This document shows, piece by piece, positions 24,349 to 32,000 of a stretch of 32,000 nt of DNA. The translations under genes and the position numbers were made by a program. This DNA is from Delftia acidovorans NBRC 14950. Its GTDB lineage: Bacteria; Pseudomonadota; Gammaproteobacteria; Burkholderiales; Burkholderiaceae_C. The notes under the pieces are model-generated. The model searched no databases, was not told the DNA's origin, and saw only the letters and a program-made list of their open reading frames with translations. Where the stretch lies: the NCBI RefSeq assembly GCF_001598795.1, contig NZ_BCZP01000005.1:120001-152000 (forward strand). The letters are read 5' to 3'. Numbering within the stretch: the stretch's first letter is position 1; every line of letters begins with the position of its first letter.

Positions 24349-25068
24349 TTACATCCCGCCCCCTCCACCGGGAACGGCCCAGACCCGCCCGCCGCCCACA
24401 GCAAAGCACTGGAGGCCAGGACCGGGCGGCAGGCTGGCCATGCCCGTGAACAGACCGAAGGCCGGCAGCAGGGTGAAGCCGGCATGGACGGCAAAGCACG
24501 GCAGGCGCAGCGCATCGCGCCCCGGGCCGCGCAGCACGACGGCGGGGTGGACATGGCCGGCCAGCACATGGCAGGCAGGAGCCTCCTGCGGGTAATGGCA
24601 GCCCGCGAATGGCCCCAGGCGCCAGGGTTCGTCCACCACGCCGATGCCCAGCGCGGACGGCGGGTCGCCCGCATGGCTGTCGTGGTTGCCACGCACCAGG
24701 ACCACCTCCAGCGCCGCGTGGCGGCGTCGCCAGTCGGCCAGGGCGGCCAGCACGGACGGCGTGCGGGCCTGCGCGGCATGCAGGAAGTCGCCCAGAACGA
24801 CCAGCCGGCGCACCGGCAGGCCCTGCAGCAGCGCCGACAGCCTGTCCAGGTTGCCCTGGGTGGTGCCGGCCGGCACGGGAATACCGCGCGCGCGGAAGGT
24901 GGCGGCCTTGCCAAGGTGCAGGTCGGCAATGAACAGCGTGCCCTGGGCGGGCCACCACAGGGCGTGCTGGGCCAGCAGGTGGACGGGCTCGCCCGCCAGG
25001 AGGATGCCCAGGCTGCCGGCCAGGGCGTCGGGGGAAAAAGGACTTGGCAACGGTGCGTGGCCTTTCAT
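24349..25068 (-). CDS. pdeM: Ligase-associated DNA damage response endonuclease PdeM (metallophosphoesterase)
   Basis: ORF 24349..25146(-) trimmed to the ATG at 25068. Calcineurin-like motifs FIADLHLGK, VLGDFLH, VRGNHD, LAGHVHP. Last gene of the cassette. Confidence 0.85.
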   Translation of the reverse strand: MKGHAPLPSPFSPDALAGSLGILLAGEPVHLLAQHALWWPAQGTLFIADLHLGKAATFRARGIPVPAGTTQGNLDRLSALLQGLPVRRLVVLGDFLHAAQARTPSVLAALADWRRRHAALEVVLVRGNHDSHAGDPPSALGIGVVDEPWRLGPFAGCHYPQEAPACHVLAGHVHPAVVLRGPGRDALRLPCFAVHAGFTLLPAFGLFTGMASLPPGPGLQCFAVGGGRVWAVPGGGGGM

Positions 25069-25084
25069 CAGCGGTGCAATGGTT

Positions 25085-27973
25085 CTACAGCAGCGGCAAG
25101 GGCCGCGAGGGCTTGCGTACGCGGCGCGGGCGGCGGCTGGTGGCATCGGCCTCGGGGCCGTCGGTGGCCTGCAGCGAGAAATCCAGCGTACGGCGCACGG
25201 CGGCCGTGTCCTCGTCCAGGGCGGGGCGCTGGTCTGCCTTGGGCTTTTTCCGTGGACGCAGCGGTGGATCGGGCGGGACTAGGTCCTGCGTGCGCGGCTC
25301 GCTGGCTGCACCGCCGGCGTCTGCCGCCTCGTGCAGCTGGGCCAACATGCGCGCGATGCGGTCGGCCAGGTGCTCGTTGGTGAGCTTTTCGCGAAAGCGC
25401 TCCACCATCAGCGGAAAGGCAAACGGGCTGGGCCGGCGCAGCGCGCTCACCACCAGCTGCTGCGCCTGCATGCGGCGCAGCGCGGCCAGCAGCTGGGCCA
25501 CGTCCAGCTCCTGGCTCAGCACTTCCTCGTCGGCCTGGCGCAGCAGCAGGTTCATGTCGTCGTATTTGCGAAAGACCTCGAAGAAGAGCTGGGCCGAGGC
25601 CTGCAGCTGGCGCGCGCTGCGGCGCTCGCCCGGGTGGCTCTGGAAGATCAGGCCCGAGACGCGGGCGATCTCGCGGAAGCGCCGCCGCGCCATCTCGGTG
25701 GCGTTGAGGCTGGCCAGCACTTCGTGCAGCAGGGCATGGCGCGCGTCATCGCCCGCCAGGTGGGCGTCGTCGGCGGCCTGGTCCCAGTGGCGGTCGGCAT
25801 TGGCGGTATTGCGCATGGCGCCCGCCTCCGTGGCGGAGACACGTCCGGGCGCCGCCACGGCCTGCACCGGCTCAGCGCGCAGCAGTTCGGGCAGCATGGC
25901 GGCCCAGTCACGCTCGGTGGCGCTCAGCAGCTCCAGCCCGTAGTCGTTGACGGCGATGGAGAAGGTGCCCGTCTCGCCCTGCGCGGCGCGCCAGGCCAGC
26001 AGGCTGGCCAGCCCCGTATGGGCATGGCGGCCCGCAAACGGGTAGAGGAAGAGATGCCAGCCTTCGCGCGTGCGCAGGGTTTCGGCCAGCAGCGTGCCGG
26101 GCGTGGGCAGGGCCGACCAGCGCTGCTGCACCTCCAGCAGGGGGCGCACGCAGCGCAGCTCGGGCGAGTGGTAGTCGCCCGCTGCCGCCAGCGCCAATTG
26201 CTGCACCACGAAGTCGGCCAGCACGGTGGACAGCGGCATGCGCGCGCCCGCCCAGCGCGGCACGGTGGGCCGCGTTCTGGCGGCGCGGCGCACGTAGGCG
26301 GTCATGTCCTCGATGCGCACCAGCTCCAGCACCTGGCCCGCGAAGACAAAGGCATCGCCGGGCGACAGGCGCGACAGAAAGCTCTCTTCCATGCTGCCCA
26401 GCCGCGCGCCGTGCAGGATCTGCACGCTCATGCTGGCGTCGCTGACGATGGTGCCGATGTTGGCGCGGTGCCTGCGCGCCAGCCGCGCGTCGGGCATGCG
26501 CCAGATGCCCTCCCCGTCGGGCCGCACGCGCTGATAGTCGGGATAGGCGGCCAGCGAGGGTCCGCCCCGGTGCACGAAGTCCAGGCACCACTGCCAGACC
26601 CCAGGCGCCAGCCCGGCGTAGGCAACGGTGCGGCGCACTTCGGCATACAGCTCATCGGGCACGAAGCCGCCGCCCAGGGCCACGGTGGCCAGGTGCTGCA
26701 CCAGTACGTCCACGGGCTGGCGGGGGCTGGCGCGCATTTCCACCTGCTGCGCGCGCACGGCGGCGCGGGCGGCGGCGGCCTCCACCAGCTCCAGGCTGTG
26801 CGTGGGCACCAGAGTGATGCGCGAGGGCCGGCCCGGCGCATGGCCCGAGCGGCCCGCGCGCTGCAGCAGCCGTGCAATGCCCTTGGCCGAGCCGATCTGC
26901 AGCACGCGCTCCACGGGCAGGAAGTCCACGCCCAGGTCCAGGCTGCTGGTGCAGACCACGGCCTTGAGCGTGCCGGCCTTGAGCCCGGCCTCCACCCATT
27001 CGCGCACACCCCGGTCCAGAGAGCCATGGTGTATGGCCAGCAGCCCGGCCCAGTCGGGCCGGGCCTCCAGCAGCGCCTTGTACCAGAGCTCCGCCTGCGA
27101 GCGCACATTCACAAAGACCAAAGTGGAGCCTGCCGTGGCCTCCAGCTCGCGCACCACGGCCGGCAGCATGGCCAGGCCCAGGTGGCCGGCCCAGGAAAAG
27201 CGCTCGGGCCGGTCGGGCAGCAAGGTGTCCACCACCAGGCGCTTGTCCACCTGGCCCTGGACCAATACGCCGGGCCGCGGCTGGCCATGGTCGTCCAGGC
27301 CCAGCAGGGTCTGCATGGCTTCGTCCAGATTGCCCAGCGTGGCCGACATGCCCCAGACGCTCAGTTGCGGGCTCCAGCCGCGCAGCCGTGCCAGGGCCAG
27401 CTGCAGTTGCACGCCGCGCTTGTTGCCCAGCAGCTCGTGCCATTCATCGGCCACCACCAGGCGCACGGAGCCCAGCAGCTCGCGCGCATCGGCGCGCGCC
27501 AGCAGCAGGGACAGGCTCTCGGGCGTGGTGACCAGCACGGTGGGCAGCTGGCGCGACTGCGCGCTGCGCTCGGCGCTTCCCGTATCGCCCGTGCGTGCGC
27601 CCACGGTCCAGCGCGCCAGCGCGGGATGGCACTGGGCCAGCGCCTCCAAGGGCGTCTGCAGCGCCTTGAGCGTGTCGGCCGCCAGGGCGCGCATGGGCGT
27701 GATCCAGAGCACGGTCAGCGGCGCGGCGGCGGGCTTTCTCCTGCTGGATGGGGCTTGGGCAGGGGCCTGGGCAGGCGCCTTGGAGGCCTGCGCAAAGGCC
27801 TGCAACGCGCCCAGCCAGACCGCATAGGTCTTGCCTGCGCCCGTGGTGGCATGCAGCAGGCCGCTGTGGCCCTGGGCCAGCGCCTTCCACACGGCGCGCT
27901 GGAAGGCAAAGGGCTTCCAGCCCCGTGCGGCAAGCCAGGCGGTGGCGAGGGGGTGGGGGGAACGGGTGGCCAT
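25085..27973 (-). CDS. Ligase-associated DNA damage response DEXH-box helicase (Lhr-core-like)
   Basis: ORF 25085..27988(-) starts at a TTG. I prefer the ATG at 27973 ([25 protein letters not shown]), though neither start has a clear SD. Walker [11 protein letters not shown], motif [15 protein letters not shown]-like [15 protein letters not shown], then the Lhr winged-helix/beta-barrel region. Confidence 0.9.
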   Translation of the reverse strand: MATRSPHPLATAWLAARGWKPFAFQRAVWKALAQGHSGLLHATTGAGKTYAVWLGALQAFAQASKAPAQAPAQAPSSRRKPAAAPLTVLWITPMRALAADTLKALQTPLEALAQCHPALARWTVGARTGDTGSAERSAQSRQLPTVLVTTPESLSLLLARADARELLGSVRLVVADEWHELLGNKRGVQLQLALARLRGWSPQLSVWGMSATLGNLDEAMQTLLGLDDHGQPRPGVLVQGQVDKRLVVDTLLPDRPERFSWAGHLGLAMLPAVVRELEATAGSTLVFVNVRSQAELWYKALLEARPDWAGLLAIHHGSLDRGVREWVEAGLKAGTLKAVVCTSSLDLGVDFLPVERVLQIGSAKGIARLLQRAGRSGHAPGRPSRITLVPTHSLELVEAAAARAAVRAQQVEMRASPRQPVDVLVQHLATVALGGGFVPDELYAEVRRTVAYAGLAPGVWQWCLDFVHRGGPSLAAYPDYQRVRPDGEGIWRMPDARLARRHRANIGTIVSDASMSVQILHGARLGSMEESFLSRLSPGDAFVFAGQVLELVRIEDMTAYVRRAARTRPTVPRWAGARMPLSTVLADFVVQQLALAAAGDYHSPELRCVRPLLEVQQRWSALPTPGTLLAETLRTREGWHLFLYPFAGRHAHTGLASLLAWRAAQGETGTFSIAVNDYGLELLSATERDWAAMLPELLRAEPVQAVAAPGRVSATEAGAMRNTANADRHWDQAADDAHLAGDDARHALLHEVLASLNATEMARRRFREIARVSGLIFQSHPGERRSARQLQASAQLFFEVFRKYDDMNLLLRQADEEVLSQELDVAQLLAALRRMQAQQLVVSALRRPSPFAFPLMVERFREKLTNEHLADRIARMLAQLHEAADAGGAASEPRTQDLVPPDPPLRPRKKPKADQRPALDEDTAAVRRTLDFSLQATDGPEADATSRRPRRVRKPSRPLPLL

Positions 27974-28017
27974 GGCGCGGTGCGTCAAGGGTGGGTCACG
28001 GGTCGGTCATTCATCGG

Positions 28018-29709
28018 TCACGGGTCGGAGTGCGGCAGCAGGGCGGCCAGCGTGTCGATGGAGTCGGCCTCCTGCACAGGCTTGTCCTCGCGCCAGCGCA
28101 GCATGCGCGGAAAGCGCACGGCAATGCCGCTCTTGTGGCGTGCGCTGCGCGCAATGCCCTCGAAGCCCAGCTCGAACACCAGGGTGGGCCGCACGCTGCG
28201 CACGGGGCCGAAGCTCTCCACCGTGGTCTTGCGGATGACGGCGTCCACGCGCGCCATTTCGGCATCGGTCAGGCCCGAATAGGCCTTGGCGAAGGGCACG
28301 AGGGCGCGCCCCTCGGTGCCGGGCGGCGCGTTCCAGACGGCAAAGGTGTAGTCGCTGTAGAGGCTGGCGCGACGGCCATGGCCGCGCTGTGCGTAGATGA
28401 GCACGGCGTCCACGCTCAGCGGATCGATCTTCCACTTCCACCACACGCCGCTGTCCTTGGTGCGGCCCACGCCGTAGGCGGCATCGCGGGCCTTGAGCAT
28501 CATGCCCTCCACACCCAGGGAACGGGCCTGCTCGCGAAGTTCGGCCAGGGCCTGCCAGTTGTCGCCTGCCAGCACGGGGCTGGGCAGCAGCGCCGGGTGC
28601 GCCACCAGGGCCACCAACCGCTCCAGCCGCGCGCGCCGTTCATGCTGGGGCAGCGCTCGCAGGTCCTGGCCGCCCTCCTCCAGCAAGTCATAGGCCAGCA
28701 GCACCACGGGCAGCTCGCGCAGCAGCTTGGGGCCCAGGGTCTTGCGGCCTATGCGCTTTTGCAGGTCGGCAAAGGGGCGCACATGGGCGGGCGCCTCACC
28801 CTGCTGCGCGGCCCAGACGACGATCTCGCCGTCGATCACGGTGCCCGCAGGCAAGGCATCGCCCATGGCCTGCAGCTCGGGGAAGCGCTCGCTCACCAGT
28901 TCCTCGCCGCGCGACCAGATCCAGGTGCCCAGCGCGTCACCGCTGCCGCGCCGCACGATCTGGGCGCGTATGCCGTCCCATTTCCACTCCACCACCCATT
29001 GGGACGGCGGGCCGAGCACGGCGTCGAACTGCTCCAGCGGCAACTGCAGCGGATGGGCCAGGAAGAAGGGATAGGGGTGGCCACGGGCTTCGCCCGAATG
29101 TGCGTCATCGCCCTCTTCCTCTCCCGCCACCAGCCGCAGGTAGTCGGCTGCCCCGGGCCGCGCGCCGATGTGGGTGTAGCCCATGAGCCGCTGGGCGATG
29201 CGCTTGGCATCCACCCCACTGACGGCCGCCAGCGCCTGCGTGACCTGCAGCCGCGACACGCCGACCCGGAAAGCGCCGGTGATCAGCTTGAAGTAGACCA
29301 GCCGCTCATCGGCCGCCAGCCGCGCCCATTGCATGCGCAGCGTGTCCGCCAGCGCCTCGGGCGCCATGCCGCGCAGCGGCAGCAGGTGGTCCGTGACCCA
29401 GGCGGCCAGGCCCAGGTCGTGCGCGTCACCGGGTGGCGGCAGCAGCAGCGCAATGGTTTCGGCCAGGTCGCCCACGGCCTCGTAGCTTTCGTCGAACAGC
29501 CATTCGGGCAGGCCGGCCGCCTCGCGCGCCAGCTCCTTCAAGACCTTGGTGGGCACCAGCTGGCGCGGCTTGCCGCCGGCCAGGAAATAGACGGCCCAGG
29601 CCGCATCGGCAGGCGCGGCGGCGCGCAGATAGGCCTGCAGCGCAGCCTGCTTGTCGCGGCTGGCGGTGCTGGCGTCCAGCGCGCGGTAGAGGGCGGCGAA
29701 ATCCTTCAT
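28018..29709 (-). CDS. ATP-dependent DNA ligase (ligase-associated / cisplatin damage response type)
   Basis: 563-aa ORF. N-terminal DNA-binding domain, adenylation motif I EWKWDGIRAQ, GEIVVW, EGMMLK, and an OB domain with the WWKWK motif. Its start overlaps the exonuclease stop (ATGA, 29706-29709). Confidence 0.92.
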   Translation of the reverse strand: MKDFAALYRALDASTASRDKQAALQAYLRAAAPADAAWAVYFLAGGKPRQLVPTKVLKELAREAAGLPEWLFDESYEAVGDLAETIALLLPPPGDAHDLGLAAWVTDHLLPLRGMAPEALADTLRMQWARLAADERLVYFKLITGAFRVGVSRLQVTQALAAVSGVDAKRIAQRLMGYTHIGARPGAADYLRLVAGEEEGDDAHSGEARGHPYPFFLAHPLQLPLEQFDAVLGPPSQWVVEWKWDGIRAQIVRRGSGDALGTWIWSRGEELVSERFPELQAMGDALPAGTVIDGEIVVWAAQQGEAPAHVRPFADLQKRIGRKTLGPKLLRELPVVLLAYDLLEEGGQDLRALPQHERRARLERLVALVAHPALLPSPVLAGDNWQALAELREQARSLGVEGMMLKARDAAYGVGRTKDSGVWWKWKIDPLSVDAVLIYAQRGHGRRASLYSDYTFAVWNAPPGTEGRALVPFAKAYSGLTDAEMARVDAVIRKTTVESFGPVRSVRPTLVFELGFEGIARSARHKSGIAVRFPRMLRWREDKPVQEADSIDTLAALLPHSDP

Positions 29710-30746
29710 GGAGCGGGCGCCTCATCCGGTGCAGCCTGGGCGGCGGCGGCCTCGTCCTCATCGCCGTATTCGGTCTGGAAGGCTTGCGCATCCAGGCCCT
29801 GCTCGCGCAGCCAGCGCACCAGCACCGCCACGCTGCCATGCGTGACGAAGACACGCTCGGCGCCCGTGGCACCTATGGCGTACTGCAGGCCGGGCCAGTC
29901 GGCATGGTCGGACATGACAAAGCCCCGGTCCACGCCACGGCGGCGGCGCGTGCCGCGCAGCTGCATCCAGCCGCTGGCAAACGCATCGGCATGGCCGGGA
30001 AAGCGGCGCATCCACGGCGTGCCCTGCGCCGAAGGCGGTGCCAGCACCAGGGCGGTTTTGAGCAGTTGTGCATCCACGCCGGGGTCGGTCACGCGCAGCG
30101 TGGGCGGCAGGTCCACGCCTGCGGCACGGTACACGGCATTGAGCGGCTCCACCGCGCCATGCACGACGATGGGGCCGATGCGGCGGTCCACCCCGTGCAG
30201 GATGCGCTGGGCCTTGCCGAAGGCATAGCACAGCAGCACCGAGGGCCGGCCCTGGGCGGCGTTGGCCTGCCACCAGGCGTTGATGTCGGCCATGAGCTCG
30301 GGCTGGCGGGGCCAGCGGTAGATGGGCAGGCCGAAGGTGGATTCGGTGATGAAGGTGTCGCAGCGCACGGGCTCGAAGGGGGTGCAGGTGCCATCGGCCT
30401 CGGTCTTGTAGTCGCCCGAGGCCACCCAGACCTGGCCGCCATGCTCCAGCCGCACCTGGGCCGATCCGAGCACATGGCCGGCCGGGTGCAGGGAGATGCG
30501 CACGCCGTGGTGTTCCACGGCTTCGCCATACGGCAGGGTCTGCAGCGTGATGTCCGCGCCCAGCCGTGCGCGCAGCACGCCCTCGCTGTCGTCATGGGCC
30601 AGGTAATGGGCGTGGCCGGCGCGCGCGTGGTCGGAGTGGCCATGCGTGATCACGGCCCGGTCCACGGGCCGCCAGGGGTCGATGTAGAAGTCGCCGGCCG
30701 CGCAGTACAGGCCTTCGGGGCGGGCCACGATCAGGTCGGCGGGCAT
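29706..30746 (-). CDS. Ligase-associated DNA damage response exonuclease (metallo-beta-lactamase / beta-CASP fold)
   Basis: 346-aa ORF. MBL motif VITHGHSDHA, then beta-CASP-like segments (VASGDYK, FITESTFG, FVMSDHADW, VFVTHG). Confidence 0.9.
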   Translation of the reverse strand: MPADLIVARPEGLYCAAGDFYIDPWRPVDRAVITHGHSDHARAGHAHYLAHDDSEGVLRARLGADITLQTLPYGEAVEHHGVRISLHPAGHVLGSAQVRLEHGGQVWVASGDYKTEADGTCTPFEPVRCDTFITESTFGLPIYRWPRQPELMADINAWWQANAAQGRPSVLLCYAFGKAQRILHGVDRRIGPIVVHGAVEPLNAVYRAAGVDLPPTLRVTDPGVDAQLLKTALVLAPPSAQGTPWMRRFPGHADAFASGWMQLRGTRRRRGVDRGFVMSDHADWPGLQYAIGATGAERVFVTHGSVAVLVRWLREQGLDAQAFQTEYGDEDEAAAAQAAPDEAPAP

Positions 30747-30821
30747 GCGGGATCAGGGGCGGGAATGCTCATGGCCCCATGCTAGTGGGGCGGTCGCCGC
30801 GCGCACGCTGGCCCGGAGCGC

Positions 30822-30838
30822 GGCAGGCTGTCAGCCTG
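30822..30838. promoter_or_regulatory. Perfect 8-1-8 palindrome gcaggctg-t-cagcctgc upstream of the repair cassette
   Basis: Exact reverse-complement arms, 76-92 nt upstream of the exonuclease start codon, in the divergent region shared with the DUF2789 gene. Confidence 0.35.
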
Positions 30839-30862
30839 CACCTACCCGCGCAACGAACGACC

Positions 30863-30898
30863 GCAACCGGGCCGCAACCTCCGCACAACCGGGCCGCA
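30863..30898. repeat. 13-bp direct repeat caaccgggccgca x2, spaced 22 bp
   Basis: Copies at 30864-30876 and 30886-30898, read directly from the sequence. Confidence 0.5.
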
Positions 30899-30957
30899 GG
30901 GCCGGTCAAATCGGGGAAGATAGCGCCCTCTCATCCCACACACATCCACACGCCTTC

Positions 30958-31215
30958 ATGAACAACTCCGTCGTACGCATGTCCAATCTCTTCCTGCAAC
31001 TGGGCCTGGATGCCAGTGACCAGGCCATTGCCGATTTCATCCGCGCGCACCAGCTGGCCGCCGATGTGGATGTGGTGGATGCGCCCTACTGGAGCGATGC
31101 GCAGCGCCAGTTCCTGGCCGAGCAGCTCAAGGCCGATGCGTCGTGGTCCATCGTCGTGGACCAGCTCAGCGAGTCGCTGCACGAAGACGCGGTCAGGCAG
31201 CGCGCTGCCCGATAG
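30958..31215 (+). CDS. DUF2789 domain-containing protein
   Basis: ORF 30745..31215 trimmed to the ATG at 30958. LFLQLGLDASDQAIADFIRAH...APYWSDAQRQFLAEQLKADASWSIVVDQL matches the DUF2789 pattern as I remember it. An ATG at 30979 is an alternative start. Confidence 0.75.
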   Translation: MNNSVVRMSNLFLQLGLDASDQAIADFIRAHQLAADVDVVDAPYWSDAQRQFLAEQLKADASWSIVVDQLSESLHEDAVRQRAAR

Positions 31216-31224
31216 CACGGGCAG

Positions 31225-32000
31225 TCAGGCCGCCAGCGGCTCGGGCACCGTGATGTCCACGCTGTGGCGGCCGTCCACGCTGGTGGCCACGGTGCCGGTC
31301 ACGGTGACGCGGCGCACCACGCGGTGGGCATCGCCGTAGTCGTTGATGGCGTAGTGCTGCGTGGCGCGGTTGTCCCAGATGGCCACGTCGCCCTGCGCCC
31401 ATTGCCAGCGCACGGTGTTCTCCAGCCGGATGATGCGTTCGTTGAACAGCTGCAGCAGCGCCGTCGATTCATTGGCGCGCAGGCCCTTGATGCGCTTGGC
31501 GAAGTGGCCCAGCAGCAGCGCCTTCTCTCCGGTCTCGGGGTGCACATGCACCAGCGGCTGCTCCGACTCGATGGTCTTGCGCGTGAACACCTTGCGGTAG
31601 CTGGCGCGGCCTGCGGTCTCGGTCTGGCTGGCCGCGTTCTGGCGGAAGTTCTCGGCGTAGTCGTAGTCGTTGCCATGCACGGCCCACAGCTGCTCGGCCA
31701 GTTGCCTGAGCGGCTCGGGCAGGCCCTCATAGGCGGCCACGGTATTGGCCCAGACGGTGTCGCCGCCATGGCCGGGCAGCGTGACGGCGCGCAGCACGCA
31801 GACCTTGGGAAAGGCCGCCTTGAAGGTGACATCGGTATGCCAGGAATCGGCGCGGCCGCCATGCTGGGAATTGAGCTCCAGAAAGGCCGTGCCGTCCGGG
31901 GCAGGCACGGTGGGGTGCGATTCGATCTCGCCGAACAGCCGCCCGAAGGCCTGGTGCGATGCATCCGTCAGATGGTGCTGGCCCCGGAAGAACAGCACGC
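31225..32000 (-). CDS. TauD/TfdA-family Fe(II)/2-oxoglutarate dioxygenase, C-terminal about 258 aa (N-terminus beyond the right window edge)
   Basis: The frame is open to the window edge; the track start at 31998 is just an in-frame GTG. WHTDVTF (His-x-Asp facial triad), GGDTVWAN, VHPETGEKALLLG, WDNRATQHYAINDY. Confidence 0.85.
   Translation of the reverse strand, partial: VLFFRGQHHLTDASHQAFGRLFGEIESHPTVPAPDGTAFLELNSQHGGRADSWHTDVTFKAAFPKVCVLRAVTLPGHGGDTVWANTVAAYEGLPEPLRQLAEQLWAVHGNDYDYAENFRQNAASQTETAGRASYRKVFTRKTIESEQPLVHVHPETGEKALLLGHFAKRIKGLRANESTALLQLFNERIIRLENTVRWQWAQGDVAIWDNRATQHYAINDYGDAHRVVRRVTVTGTVATSVDGRHSVDITVPEPLAA

Noticed and set aside
30747-30957. LexA/SOS box upstream of the ligase-associated repair cassette.
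   Set aside because: I found no CTGT-N8-ACAG match by eye. The only CTGT (30827) is followed by the wrong distal half-site.
1-32000. Mobile elements, CRISPR arrays, tRNA/rRNA genes, integrases, toxin-antitoxin pairs and recognisable phage-defence genes.
   Set aside because: I saw no transposase or integrase-like ORF, no arrays of regularly spaced repeats and no tRNA-like cloverleaf regions. The only compositional anomalies are two short AT-rich promoters and the orphan gene at 23623-24240.

Overview
The window is high-GC (roughly 68-70% by eye), gene-dense chromosomal DNA. Its content looks Burkholderiales/Comamonadaceae-like (Bug/TTT transporter, Tat-exported Msr enzymes), but that taxon call is inference only. 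I support 27 protein-coding genes, two of them cut by the window edges. I found no rRNA, tRNA, CRISPR array, IS element or prophage.

Gene content, left to right:
- The 5' end of an FMN-binding glutamate-synthase-family gene (- strand).
- An OmpR-type response regulator and sensor kinase (- strand), divergent from a periplasmic methionine-sulfoxide repair operon: Tat-MsrB, DipZ (CcdA-thioredoxin fusion), Tat-MsrA.
- Chromate transporter ChrA, an AraC regulator and a B3/4-domain protein.
- A TonB-dependent receptor behind an AT-rich promoter with Fur-like elements.
- A transglutaminase-like protein.
- A probable organic-acid catabolic island. Two paralogous GntR/FCD regulators in inverted orientation bracket a roughly 1030-aa FAD/Fe-S (GlcD-GlcF fusion, YdiJ-like) oxidoreductase and a GlcG-like protein. 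A class-V aminotransferase plus tctCBA transporter operon runs divergently from it.
- A ZntB/CorA transporter.
- A lower-GC orphan gene for an all-beta protein of unknown family.
- The known four-gene ligase-associated DNA damage response cassette: exonuclease, ATP-dependent ligase, Lhr-like DEXH helicase, PdeM.
- A DUF2789 gene and a truncated TauD/TfdA dioxygenase.

Nearly all long ORFs antisense to or out of frame with these genes are high-GC artefacts.

I see no clear-cut undescribed system. The best candidates for follow-up are:
- the dual-GntR-flanked YdiJ-like/GlcG/aminotransferase/TTT island and its repeat-dense AT-rich control region;
- the orphan beta-rich protein at 23623-24240;
- the methionine-rich periplasmic linker in DipZ, inside an otherwise known periplasmic Msr module.
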